A stretch of 62,782 bases of DNA, counting the filler, from Globobulimina sp. (lineage: Eukaryota): the NCBI GenBank assembly GCA_003354225.1. It is 41 parts of 41 records of this genome, joined end to end, with 100 filler letters (N's around TTAATTAATTAA, not from the genome) between each part and the next. Parts side by side here need not be neighbours in the genome. Positions count along the whole stretch, not along the records: positions 50,619 to 52,051 come from PIVH01016762.1; positions 52,152 to 53,584 come from PIVH01016763.1; positions 53,685 to 55,117 come from PIVH01016764.1; positions 55,218 to 56,650 come from PIVH01016765.1; positions 56,751 to 58,183 come from PIVH01016766.1; positions 58,284 to 59,716 come from PIVH01016767.1; positions 59,817 to 61,249 come from PIVH01016768.1; positions 61,350 to 62,782 come from PIVH01016769.1; 33 more parts are not named here. The stretch is one strand, 5' to 3'. Shown in pieces: positions 50,972-62,380 of this stretch. The notes under the pieces were generated by a model. That model did not search any database and was not told the DNA's origin. It saw nothing but the letters and a program-made list of their open reading frames with translations. The position numbers and the translations under genes are program-made. Position 1 is the stretch's first letter, and every line of letters begins with the position of its first letter.

Positions 50972-52051
50972 TCAAACAGATTCCATTAAGTTATTAAAAT
51001 ATGTGACAGCATCATGCGTAGAAATAAAGACGTTAATATTTATTGGAAATTCTTTCTTTTTCAATTGAAATCGTTCAAATACGTTAATAATATCTGGTCT
51101 GCAACACGTGAATGCAATATGTGCTTTTCTGGCATTACCAAATAAAGTAACAATTTGTCCAATTGACGTTGTATCAATTATTTGTGTCGCAGCTAATGAT
51201 ATTATAATATACTTTTCTTCATAGTCTAATAACTCTCGGATTTTATCTATTAATTTCCTGCTATTCGCGAATGATAATTCCGATTTTAATTCTAAAATTG
51301 TAATATTCTCCACAAAATTCGCCTGTTGGAACATCTCAACATCCACATATTCATTATCGTTACTTATCGTTTTTAATGTGCCTAATTGTATAACATCAAC
51401 AAAAATGTGCCTTATCAAACTGACAACAAATGAACATGCAATGGCAACAAATATACCAATCTCTAATCCAACAATCAATGGCGCAATAACTGACGTTATA
51501 AACTCAATCAATTCAATCCGCGAAACATTGTACAAAAATATAAATTGTGCAATTCCATTTTTTATCAATCTGTGCACACAAACCGTTACAACAGCTGCTA
51601 ACACGGCATTGGGTAAAGGAGCTAATAACGGCATTAAAAACAGCAAACACAACAAACATATTGTTGCTTGGACAAAAGACGACATTTGCGTCTGTCCTCT
51701 CATTTCATTATTTAACGCAGATCGGCTGAAACTGCCGGATATGACCTGTGCGCCAAAAAAGGATCCAACAACATTTGCGATGCCAAAGGCAATGAACTCC
51801 GCATTTGCATTCAGCTCAACTGATGGTAAAACTGTTGGCTTTTCTAATAAGATTGGCGCCGCACTGCTTACTTCCGATACTAAAGAGGCTGCGCTTTCAA
51901 CACTCATTGATAGCAACGGCGTGCGAGGTGTGAATTTATTTTCCAATGGCTCGGTGTCATTAAAACATTCATACAGTTCCAATCTATTGGCGTAGTCTTC
52001 TTTGGTTTTTTGATCAAGTCCTTTGGCCAAAGCAATGGAGCCCATATAACT
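50972..52051 (-). CDS. SulP/SLC26 anion transporter with STAS domain, C-terminal half
   Basis: NAEFIAFGIANVVGSFF, SGSFSRSALN, LPNAVLAAVV, GLEIGI, LSFANS, IIDTTS. Confidence 0.93.
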   Translation of the reverse strand, partial: SYMGSIALAKGLDQKTKEDYANRLELYECFNDTEPLENKFTPRTPLLSMSVESAASLVSEVSSAAPILLEKPTVLPSVELNANAEFIAFGIANVVGSFFGAQVISGSFSRSALNNEMRGQTQMSSFVQATICLLCLLFLMPLLAPLPNAVLAAVVTVCVHRLIKNGIAQFIFLYNVSRIELIEFITSVIAPLIVGLEIGIFVAIACSFVVSLIRHIFVDVIQLGTLKTISNDNEYVDVEMFQQANFVENITILELKSELSFANSRKLIDKIRELLDYEEKYIIISLAATQIIDTTSIGQIVTLFGNARKAHIAFTCCRPDIINVFERFQLKKKEFPININVFISTHDAVTYFNNLMESV

Positions 52052-52151
52052 NNNNNNNNNNNNNNNNNNNNNNNNNNNNNNNNNNNNNNNNNNNNTTAAT
52101 TAATTAANNNNNNNNNNNNNNNNNNNNNNNNNNNNNNNNNNNNNNNNNNNN

Positions 52152-53584
52152 GTCCTTCCTCCACCATCGATCATTTTTTGCTTAGTGATATGCTTTTTCA
52201 GACATTATCTAGTGCTGAAGTTTTTGACACCCCAGATACCCCATCACGACACTCAGTTATACGATGTGATGTTAAGCTTGAACTGGTACTGAATGCTGTA
52301 AAATCCAGAGTATTTCAACCCAAAGTTGCATGGCATAAAGCCAGTAATTTTCATAAAGCTGCTTATAGTAATCGATTAACTGAGCTCTTACAAAATGTAA
52401 ACTTAAGCGTTAATGCTGAAACATGTCAGTCACTTAAATGCAAAGATTAGTTTGTTTGTTTGTTTATTCAGAAACCTGTGGCCCCCAGGCCCTTTAGGCT
52501 GTTATAACACCAATCAACGATACTCCAATAACATCAATTATCATAAACTAAATAATATAACATATATATCAAATTATAAATTGTCAAAATATTCATTAAG
52601 TAACTTTTTAAAATTATAAACACTAACAGCATTAACTATATTATAAGGCAATCTATTCCACAAATCTACTACTCTATTACTAAAAAAGTATTTACGCACA
52701 TTTAAATTACTAAAGCTGGGATAAATTTTATAATTGTGACCTCTAGTTCTAGCTTGCACATTAAATGTAAATAATAAATCAGGCTGAAGGCAGGTGTATC
52801 CATGAATAATTTTAAATGCTTCCGTCAAATCCGTTTTCACTCTCCTCCTCTCCAATGAATCAATTTTTAAGTTAGCCAGTCTCTCCTCGTAGGACATATT
52901 ACGCATTCCACGGACAGTTTTTGTTACTCTTCGTTGGACCTTTTCAACTGATTGTATGTCCCGGACTAAATATGGGTTCCAGATTACGGTAGCATAATCA
53001 AGTAAAGATCGCACAAGACTAAAGTATAGAGGCATAATAACCGAAACATCTCTGGAAACAAAAGTTTTCTTAATGAGGCCAAATATTCTTTGGGCTCGAG
53101 CCACGACATAATTGACATGTTCAGCAGACTTCAGATTATTGGCAACCATAATTCCCAAATCTCGCTCAACCTCGATTGTACGTAGTTGATGACCATTCAA
53201 TGAATATGGTGTATTAGGATTATTGTGTCCACAGTGCATGACAACACACTTTTCTAAATTGAACCGCAAAAGCCATAAGTCAGACCACACTGACAAAGCA
53301 TCCAAATCAGTCTGTAACATAAATGGTGAAGAATTAAACACTTTAGTGTCATCTGCATATAGCTTTGCATTAGACAGCAAATATGTTTCCAAGTCATTCA
53401 CATAAGCAAGGAAAAACATTGACCCAATTAAGATGACATGCATCATGTTCAGATTGATGCTTTTTTGAATGATATTATCACGAAGTGTCTGGAAGCTGAA
53501 AAGGAATGTATTCCACAGACCAAACCGCCCAAACGGCATGCAGTTGCTGGATGGGAAGGTATAGTGGAACCATTAAGACAGCAA
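52152..53584 (+). mobile_element. Host LINE ORF2 (post-endonuclease linker) interrupted by an insertion
   Basis: Removing the insert and one AAGAT restores CQSLKCKDDMHHVQIDAFLNDII..CIP..AGW in frame. Confidence 0.65.
52448..53429 (-). mobile_element. 5'-truncated CR1/L2-group LINE insertion with AAGAT target-site duplication and (AAAC)n tail
   Basis: YVNDL, LYADDTK, WLLRFNLEKC, ERDLG, VEKVQRR, RTRGH, FFSNRVVDLWNRLP. Tail AATAAACAAACAAACAAAC; AAGAT at 52443-52447 and 53430-53434. Confidence 0.9.
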
Positions 53585-53740
53585 NNNNNNNNNNNNNNNN
53601 NNNNNNNNNNNNNNNNNNNNNNNNNNNNTTAATTAATTAANNNNNNNNNNNNNNNNNNNNNNNNNNNNNNNNNNNNNNNNNNNNAACTTTTAATTTTGCA
53701 GTGTGAAAATGTTCATATCACAAGACAGAGTTGTTTGCTC

Positions 53741-55045
53741 TTAAAGTTTAGCTTGTAAGTTGTCACAGTTTTGTATAACTAGAGCACTCGCACCACCTCC
53801 ACCATTGCATATTGCAGCGACGCCATACCGCCCATTATTATGTTTTAACGCATTAATCAATGTGACAACAATTCTCGCTCCACTGCAACCCAATGGATGG
53901 CCCAAAGCAACAGCACCTCCATAAACATTCAATCTCTCCAATGGTATTGCCAATAACTTTGCATTTACCAATGAAACCACAGAAAATGCTTCATTTATTT
54001 CAAAATAATCCCTTTCATCCAAGTCATTCATACTCAATCCTGCATTTTGCAGTGCTTTCGGTATTGCCATAGCCGGAGCTGTAGTAAATTCAATCGGTGC
54101 CTTCGCAGCATCCGCATAGCCAATAATCTTTACCAACGGTGTAAGTTTATATTTATTCAACATCTGTTCACTGCAAACAACAATGCATGCGGCGCCATCG
54201 CTTATTTGTGATGCATTCCCAGCAGTGACACTTCCGTTTTTCCGATCAAATACCGGCCGCAGTTTCGTTAATTTGTTTGCATCAAATTTTAAACAACCTT
54301 CATCACAATCAATTATTTTATGTTTCTTACCTTTCCTAATGTTGATTGGTGTAATTTCTTTGCCAAATATCCCGCACTTAGTTGCATTTTGTGCTCGTTT
54401 AAAACTTAATATTGCATATTCATCTTGCTGTTGTCTTGAAATATTATATTGTTTGGAACATATATCGCCACAATGACCCATATGTTGATCAGAATATACA
54501 TCCCATAATCCATCAGATAGCATGCCATCAATTAAGTTTTTATGACCCATTGATTTTGATTTTGAATGAATTCGCAGATCTGTTGAATTTAAATAATATG
54601 GCACATTGCTCATTGACTCCATCCCTCCACAAACAACAATGTTATTTTTATTTAATAATATCGAATTGACTGCAAATTCAATCGTCTTCATACCACTGGA
54701 ACATACTTTGTTAATTGTGGAACATGGCACATTGTATGGGATACCCGATGATATTGCGACTTGTCTGGCTGGTGCCTGGCCTACATTTGCTTGTAACACA
54801 TTGCCAAAATATACTTCGTCAATATTTTGTGGAGATAAATTACATTGTTTCAAGGCGGCTTTCACTGCAATCGAACCTAATTCGACTGCTGATAACGATG
54901 AAAGATCTCCACCATACTTTCCTATCGGTGTACGAGTGGATGCTACAATATAACAAGATTTGGTTGACATTGTTGACCAATGACAACTGAAGAGACTTTT
55001 CACAGTTGTGAAAAACCGCATATTTTGGGATTCATATTTGAACAT
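53741..55045 (-). CDS. Acetyl-CoA C-acetyltransferase (thiolase), complete, intronless, C-terminal AKL (PTS1)
   Basis: RTPIG, NKVCSSG (Cys), GGMESMS, NEAF, GHPLGCSG (His), ICNGGGG (Cys); candidate ATGs at 55045, 55021 and 54970. Confidence 0.96.
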   Translation of the reverse strand: MFKYESQNMRFFTTVKSLFSCHWSTMSTKSCYIVASTRTPIGKYGGDLSSLSAVELGSIAVKAALKQCNLSPQNIDEVYFGNVLQANVGQAPARQVAISSGIPYNVPCSTINKVCSSGMKTIEFAVNSILLNKNNIVVCGGMESMSNVPYYLNSTDLRIHSKSKSMGHKNLIDGMLSDGLWDVYSDQHMGHCGDICSKQYNISRQQQDEYAILSFKRAQNATKCGIFGKEITPINIRKGKKHKIIDCDEGCLKFDANKLTKLRPVFDRKNGSVTAGNASQISDGAACIVVCSEQMLNKYKLTPLVKIIGYADAAKAPIEFTTAPAMAIPKALQNAGLSMNDLDERDYFEINEAFSVVSLVNAKLLAIPLERLNVYGGAVALGHPLGCSGARIVVTLINALKHNNGRYGVAAICNGGGGASALVIQNCDNLQAKL

Positions 55046-55447
55046 AGTAACAAGGCGTTCATAATGATAAAAAATCTAGAAATCCAATATTATATTATGT
55101 ATTTGTTGAATATAAGTNNNNNNNNNNNNNNNNNNNNNNNNNNNNNNNNNNNNNNNNNNNNTTAATTAATTAANNNNNNNNNNNNNNNNNNNNNNNNNNN
55201 NNNNNNNNNNNNNNNNNACACAAACGACGATATTTCAAAATGTTTGCCAAGTTCGTTTGTGTTTTCACCGTTGGCAAATATCCTGGAATATCCTCACAAA
55301 TATCATATCCCCAAACATCATTATTAAATATCATCCAAAGCCCAAACACTGATATACCCAAACTAGAAACAAATGGCCCCCAATTCCCGCAAAAGGTTAA
55401 ATGATTAATCTAATAAAACATTATAATTAACAGAATAATACACTGCG

Positions 55448-56650
55448 TTAAAACAATGGTCTTGGAGGTGGCGATTTCAGTTTTTGTTTCCTATTATTTG
55501 GCCGACATCGATGTAGTGAAACTATTTCAATATTTGGTGCTATTTCGGTTGTTTTCGCTCTTTGTTTCATTGCTTGTTTGTTTTGATGATTCTTAATATT
55601 ATCCCCGTTATATGTCCATGTTACATTCATTTCATTTGACAGCCAACAGCCTTTCAATAGCCTCAAATGTTTGGATTCTTGGAAATGTGATGGAAAATAC
55701 TGCGAAGAGGGAAAATCACATCTTAACAAACCAACCTCTTTGAATGCTTTGGCAACCAATTCTGAACAAAAAAATGTGCGCGATTCGTCATACAACGACA
55801 CCGCTGACTGTTTGCGTATTAATTGTATTGGATTCCATCCGTAGTGCCTGTTCACCACTGTCTTGACAAACAATGTCAACTTTCGTTTCATCTCTTTCCT
55901 GCACAGTACAACACCGCAACCATAGCATTCAAACAGTAATTTCAATGCAATTAAATGCAAAATACCTCAGATTGGCATCAGGAATCATCAACGATCGGAA
56001 CGCAATCCGCGAATACTGTTTATCCCAGTTATATCTTCGAAAGTTCCTCCACAAAAACACCTGAACGCCGCTGCCCAACGCCTCCAACACGCCAACTTTG
56101 CCATCAATCAATCTGAAGACCATCCCAATGTGGTCGTAATTGCCACCCGTCGCCACTCGCACGCAAGCGCCGGATTTGGATTTCGTATCAAACAACAAAA
56201 CATCGCCAGTATTGCTGTACTGGCAAATATCCAAAAAAGTAATAGTGTCCGGCTGCATATTGCCCATATTGGACGGCACCGAATTATTCCGCGCACGCAC
56301 AGTACGCACAGAGTTATAGCCAGCCGATTTGGACCGTATTGAATTTGAAGTATCTTTTTTGTATTTCGATGAGTTGCTGTCGGTTGAAAGCAACTTCCTG
56401 TCATCGCCGACAACATTGATCAATGCCAACACTTTCAAGTTATTTCCCAACGCTTCGATCCATTCGTCGCGCACTGTTATGTCCTTTGTGCGAATATAAT
56501 AAATCCGCCCAGAATTAGCAATGCTGAGCCCTTTCTTCATCACGATGTGGAAGGTATGTTTGTTGAGTTTGTGGTGTTTGTTCTTACGAACAGTGGGCAG
56601 TCCATTGGCGGTCATAGCCATATTATATTCATTCACAGTTCAAACAGACT
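55448..56650 (-). CDS. PH domain + permuted papain-like NlpC/P60 (YiiX/YebB-type) protein; intron 55899-55965; 5' partial
   Basis: YYIRTKD..RDEWIEAL (PH end); GDVLLF..YDHIGMV..LEA..FFCSELVAKAF (His precedes Cys). Confidence 0.85.
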
Positions 56651-56750
56651 NNNNNNNNNNNNNNNNNNNNNNNNNNNNNNNNNNNNNNNNNNNNTTAATT
56701 AATTAANNNNNNNNNNNNNNNNNNNNNNNNNNNNNNNNNNNNNNNNNNNN

Positions 56751-58124
56751 AAGGCTTGCACATCGCAGTCGGTGTGTCGATATTTAACATTTCAGCCACC
56801 GAAGTCCTATGAAATGTATTCTGGTCCGATCGCGACAAAATAGATAACGACTGGTTCGAATCCAACTTATTTTCAAATATATTGATTTTTAATTTATTAT
56901 TAAACTCTTTTAAATCGGTAGAAATCGATTGTTTTTCCGAGTAATAATTATAATCATCGAAATTGTCGGGAATGCACGGCAACGTCGAAGGAGGCGAGGC
57001 GGAGTCCAGCCATCTCCGCGAACGATTAGATTTTAATGACTTTACTGGCGAATATGAGACAGGCGACGCAGAGCCATATGCCTCGTCTCGGTCTGACACC
57101 ACCACGTAGCCATTCAGCTTCTTTTTTAACTGCTTTTTTTTATAAATATGCATAGTTTTGGGAGGCGGTGGCGTCAAATTATCAAAATATTTGCAGGGAT
57201 CTGTGGGTAATGTGGTGCCGGTCACTGTGTATTTCGGTGTCGAGTATGTGGTGTTCTCTCTTCTGGGCTGGATTGTGAGTGTTCGAGTAAACGTATTCCG
57301 TTTTGGTAGTTGAGCCCGAACTTTATTGTCAAACACAAGCAGTGTTACAATCAACTGTATGCCACATAATATCATTATAAAATAGCCACATAACATATTA
57401 CTTGTAATGTGTAGGCAGCCAACACCGATAGTTATACCGTCACATAGTTGCAGCAAAATGCCAATGATGGGGCCGAGTATGAAGCCGACGGACGAGACCA
57501 AACTTATTTTGCGCAGTGCCTGACATGGGAACAATTAGCAAACGTAGATGTAGAATAAAAACGTATTTATGTCAGAATCATATACAACTTATTTGCTACA
57601 ATGCGACATACTTTGCAATTTTTGTGCAGGTCAACATTATCAGACAGATATTTGGTTTCTGTGTATTGCTCCATTCCGGTCCATACGCCTTGCATTACGC
57701 GGCCAATTAACACAGAATAGGGCGCAAAATACCATTCGACTAAGCCCGCAGTGCCATAGATAAAGCCACCAGAGATGCCAGCAAACATTGATAATATCAG
57801 TACCAACTTTGCGTTATATTTGTTTTTAATGATTGAAGCTAAATAAGAGCCGCACAGTTCGCCAATGGCATATATGGAGATACAATATGCTAAGTATAAT
57901 TCTGTACATTCTAACTCGCGTAAATAACTCCACAGCGATGGTATTATTAAAGTGAACGATGTCGAACATGACAAAATATTAAAATAAAATAAATAAAATG
58001 TTTTTTGTGAGGGGAAATTATTGCATTGGGCTGGAAGCGCTGCGGGAGAGGATATCGTATTTGATGGGCTCGGTGAAGGAGATAAAGGCGCCGAGTGCTC
58101 GAAAAAGGAAGCTATTTTCACCAA
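56751..58124 (-). CDS. MFS transporter (MFSD8-like) with long cytoplasmic loop; intron 57520-57611
   Basis: FTLIIPSLWSYL, ISIYAIGE, LIGRVMQGVWTG, GFILGPIIG. Confidence 0.8.
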
Positions 58125-58283
58125 TATTCCAGATGAATGTGTTTTTTTGTTCCTCTTTGCGTTGACAATTTGAAAAGTGTGATNNNNNNNNNNNNNNNNN
58201 NNNNNNNNNNNNNNNNNNNNNNNNNNNTTAATTAATTAANNNNNNNNNNNNNNNNNNNNNNNNNNNNNNNNNNNNNNNNNNNN

Positions 58284-59659
58284 CATTGTCTCTGTACAAC
58301 AAGATTGGTTGACTGTAGGCTATGCATTTGATATTAATATTGTTGAATTGTTGGGTATTGTTACTTTATTACAACAAATAACACGATTACCACCCACATT
58401 TTTAGCTACATTTGATTGTATACTCATTGTTTCAGATAATATCAATGCATTATCTTGGATTTGCCGGTTGCAACAGACATTGGATTGCGTTGTGATGGGC
58501 TATATACAGCAAATACATGATTATATTATAGAGCTTTATATGCGATTCCGTATACAAACTAAATTTCAGAAATGTAAACGAGATACGAATCATGGTATTC
58601 GCATCGCCGATTTATTGGCAAAACGCGCAGCAAACGAATTATATCATACTGGATCACCCAGAAATGTTAACAAACTGCCAATCTCTGAGAAAATTGCGAA
58701 GAAATTGGTTCATAAATCCATTGTTGATATGCGTCGACGTCAAGATATTGGAACTTTGCGGGATAACCATTTACTTTCACATAATATATATCGATGGAGG
58801 AATCACATTCGTATTCATTTTGAACCAATGCGAGAGTTGAGATTACCTCAATACATTGCTATGATTTTATTACAGCTACGTTCTGGACATATTAATTTGA
58901 ATTTGTATAAACACATTCGATGCCATCGCCGATATTATAATACACATAATCGTGTCAATAAAGGGCACGTACAGTATCTGCTTTGTACTATGGATTGCTG
59001 TGTAGCTAATAATAGCGGTAGATGTGTTTGTGGCGCAGTTGAGGATGTTTGCCATTTCATTTTATTGTGTCCTAGATATAAATCGCAACGTATAGATTTG
59101 TTTAATAGTGTTTCTGATTATTATTCTCGGTGTGGATGTTTAATCACTTTGAAATCTCTCTTATTCCCACCGGTTGGCATTCGATGGCTACACAGGAAAT
59201 TAGTTCTGCAGGCGATAGCAACATATGTTATTCATACTAAACGTTTGCATTTTAATTGATCATATCATTATATTTGCCCTATTAATAATAAACTGCCGTG
59301 CCCCTTATGACGTAAGTAGATTAGAGTAAAGTTGCAAAGTTTTTTATTTGTTTATTTTCGGAAAACACTTTTCTTTTTCAGAAACACTTTTCACTTTTTA
59401 TTTGTTTAAATTTCTTTTATTTGGTTTTGTCAGATAATTTTGTTTGCCCTTAAAGTTTGTTTGGGATAATTTTTCTCTATTTGCATTTGTGATAGATCCC
59501 AGATCTGTAAGGAGTTATAGATCTGTAATCTTACAACCGGCCTTTGTGAGTTTATAACTCTTGAGGCCGTTCAATTTGGTGTGTTCTGTCATTTATGATT
59601 TAAGGTTTTAAATTTATTCCTTGCAAACTTCGTCGTTGCCACTTGAAAAAAAAAAAAAA
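58284..59659 (+). mobile_element. 3' end of a non-LTR retrotransposon: RNase H, Cys/His finger, 3' UTR and poly(A)
   Basis: IVELLGI, VSDNINAL, IADLLAK, LLQLRSGH, CVCGAVEDVCHFILLCPRY; stop at 59259; A14 at 59646-59659. Confidence 0.85.
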
Positions 59660-59816
59660 CTCCACCGTCGCGAGATCACCAATCGTGCTCATTTTGAACT
59701 TTTTGAAAAGTTGAAANNNNNNNNNNNNNNNNNNNNNNNNNNNNNNNNNNNNNNNNNNNNTTAATTAATTAANNNNNNNNNNNNNNNNNNNNNNNNNNNN
59801 NNNNNNNNNNNNNNNN

Positions 59817-60320
59817 TAATGCAGATACAAATTTGACTGAATTTGACAAAAAATGAATGGTATCGTAGACGTTCAATGCGATTAGATATCGAATCATACA
59901 AAATATTGATGCTATTATTAATATTGTTAAGAATGCAATATATTTTTTGGATACTTGATATGATGTTGACTGAAATGTAAAATATAATTTACCGATTATG
60001 AAGATATACAAAGAAACACATGATATGAAATAAGTAATGTCGGCAATAGTTAATATTATATGTATGGCAAATATTTGCGTATCTGGTGCGCTTTGGTCAC
60101 GAATATATGAAATTGCGGTATGGATTAAATCAATAATAGTGCTCACACAACAGAAAGAAACACATATAATTGATACATATTTGTTAAATGAGCTAATTTT
60201 CTTTTCTCGACGTATGCAAAATAATTTAAAGAAAAATGATACTGTTACGGCTAATTGCATCAGTAACAATGTAGACAGGCAAATAATTACAGCAACTTGC
60301 CATTCTCTTGAATCTCTCAT
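59817..60320 (-). CDS. 7TM-like membrane protein, N-terminal part
   Basis: Four TM helices; KLYFTFQSTSY resembles LHYSFGGSRH in the 36826-37626 protein. Confidence 0.55.
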
Positions 60321-60488
60321 CGCTTTAAGTTTTTCTAACCGCAGTGAAAAGAAAAAAGACAAAAGAAAATACTTACAACAATGGTAATCTTCGATTATGG
60401 AATTGAATTCAATTGAAATTATACCATAATCAGTTGACGTTCATAATTGTGTGTTTTATACTTTGATCTTAATCATCTTATTATAAAA

Positions 60489-60883
60489 ATGGAGCCTTAC
60501 AATCAAACCCAATCAAATATTGTCACTCCGATACAGTGGACAACACATCAACAATTTCCAGAGCAACCACATATACAACAGATAATTGTAACTGCTCCTC
60601 AGGAACCTCAATGTTATCTGGTTGGTTGCAATAACAAAGCAGTACAAACGTTAAGTATTTACTACGTCTGAATTGTATGGTAGCTATAGATAATTAATTA
60701 TATAAACATGCGTTACTTAGATGTGATTATACAGGATGTAATTGTAGGCCTTGCGACCGTTTATTATGTTTACTCCATGCAAAAAGAAGATACAATCATA
60801 GCACAAGAATGTCTCATCACTTTGGATACGCGCATTCATATTATTATTGTCCGGACCATGACTACCAATGCGTGATATTATGA
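60489..60883 (+). CDS. Small Cys/His-rich protein ending in CaaX (CVIL); intron 60650-60720
   Basis: Spliced CYLVGCNNKAVQT|CDYTGCNCRPCDRLLCLLH..YYCPDHDYQCVIL*. Confidence 0.6.
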
Positions 60884-61349
60884 CTTGTACCTTTTTGATT
60901 TGTTGTTATTTGTTTGATATCTAAAATATTTATTTATTACCATCACATTGCTTCTTGTTTTATTTATTTGGTATTTTGTGATGTATGAGATCAATATTAC
61001 AGAATGCAGAGCATTGTAATATTAAGTGCACTGATAATATAGTAACGTTTACATGCATTCAATTACGTGGCCAATCATTTGGGCATATTTGCATATGTTA
61101 AATTCGCAAATATGTAAAAATTTGTATTAATTTAACTCCGGTTTATGAAACTTGTACATTCCAACATAATTTACATGTTACAATCTAAAACAGATTGGTC
61201 ATCAATAATCGCTATTGACACTTTGAACTACGCTGAAATGTAAATTATANNNNNNNNNNNNNNNNNNNNNNNNNNNNNNNNNNNNNNNNNNNNTTAATTA
61301 ATTAANNNNNNNNNNNNNNNNNNNNNNNNNNNNNNNNNNNNNNNNNNNN

Positions 61350-62380
61350 ATTATTCATATTATGATTATTATCCTTTGGCGGCTCATTGTCATCGGTTTG
61401 CGACGTCGCAGTTTCTAAAAATGTTTGCGTATTCGATGCACGGTCTTGGTTACCAATATTTAATGCAGTTTGTTGATTGGGTGGTATTTGTTTGCATTTA
61501 TATATTGATTTTAATTCAAATGTTTTATTTACTGTACATTTTACCAATTTATAATGATCAATATCGTCTAATTGGATACTTTTAAAATTCGCCAAGATAT
61601 CAAATAAATTACTAAATAATAGACGTAAATTGGCTGAGTCATCACATTTAATTATGCTTAGCGTTCGGACATGATCTGATTTAAAACAACAAATACATAT
61701 TTTCTTCCCGCATTTACATTCATTGCCGAAATGTCCCCAATAGCCGCATTTCAGGCATTTTATCGATATAATACCGGCGATCTCTTCGTCCATTTTTTGT
61801 TTGGTGATATTTCCTTTGTTATATTTTTGTTTTATTGTATTGATCTTTTTCGCCAAATACTTCGCTTGCTCTGGGCATTTGTTATGAGTCGTAAACTTTT
61901 TGCCGCAGGCACAGGTTGGCGCCGTTAATATGAAATCAGTATAGAAATCATTTTGGACCAACACCATATACCGTAGAATGGGTTTCAATTGTACATGTAA
62001 TTTTCGACAAAATGTTTTGTTCACTCATCCTCATTTCGTGAAAACCAAATTGGGTATATCATGAGCCAATATTGGTATTTTACGAATGAGAGCATATGCA
62101 AAAATTAAAAGTTTATCAATGATATAAAGAAGCAGTATGTTGACTACTTCAAGTGAAGATCCATATTTTGCAGCTTCTTCTTCAGACTCTGTACACAATA
62201 AAAAATCAGCATTGGTGTATAAGGTTTATGGACGTTGTCAGTTGCAGGAATTTGAGTTTTTTAACTTTTTTTTTAATTATTTTATTGTTTTTCAAAATTT
62301 TAGTGTGGGTTTCTTTTTTCAGTAGCAGTAAAATTTCGAATGCACTTATTTGCATACATGTTCATTTCGACGCTAAATAA
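61350..62380 (-). pseudogene. Degenerate gag/ORF1-like gene with CCHC zinc knuckles
   Basis: CLKCGYWGHFGNEC and CICCFKSDH. In-frame TGA at 62031-62033 and 62025-62027; frameshift relative to a homologous piece at 4690-4790. Confidence 0.55.

Noticed and set aside
1436..61349. Regularly spaced TTAATTAATTAA as a CRISPR-like or biological repeat
   Set aside because: Always embedded in fixed N runs; it is a synthetic six-frame-stop linker.
295..62380. Numerous hydrophobic antisense ORFs in the ORF track (e.g. 295-570, 51378-51995, 54606-54953)
   Set aside because: They are shadows of real genes on the opposite strand.
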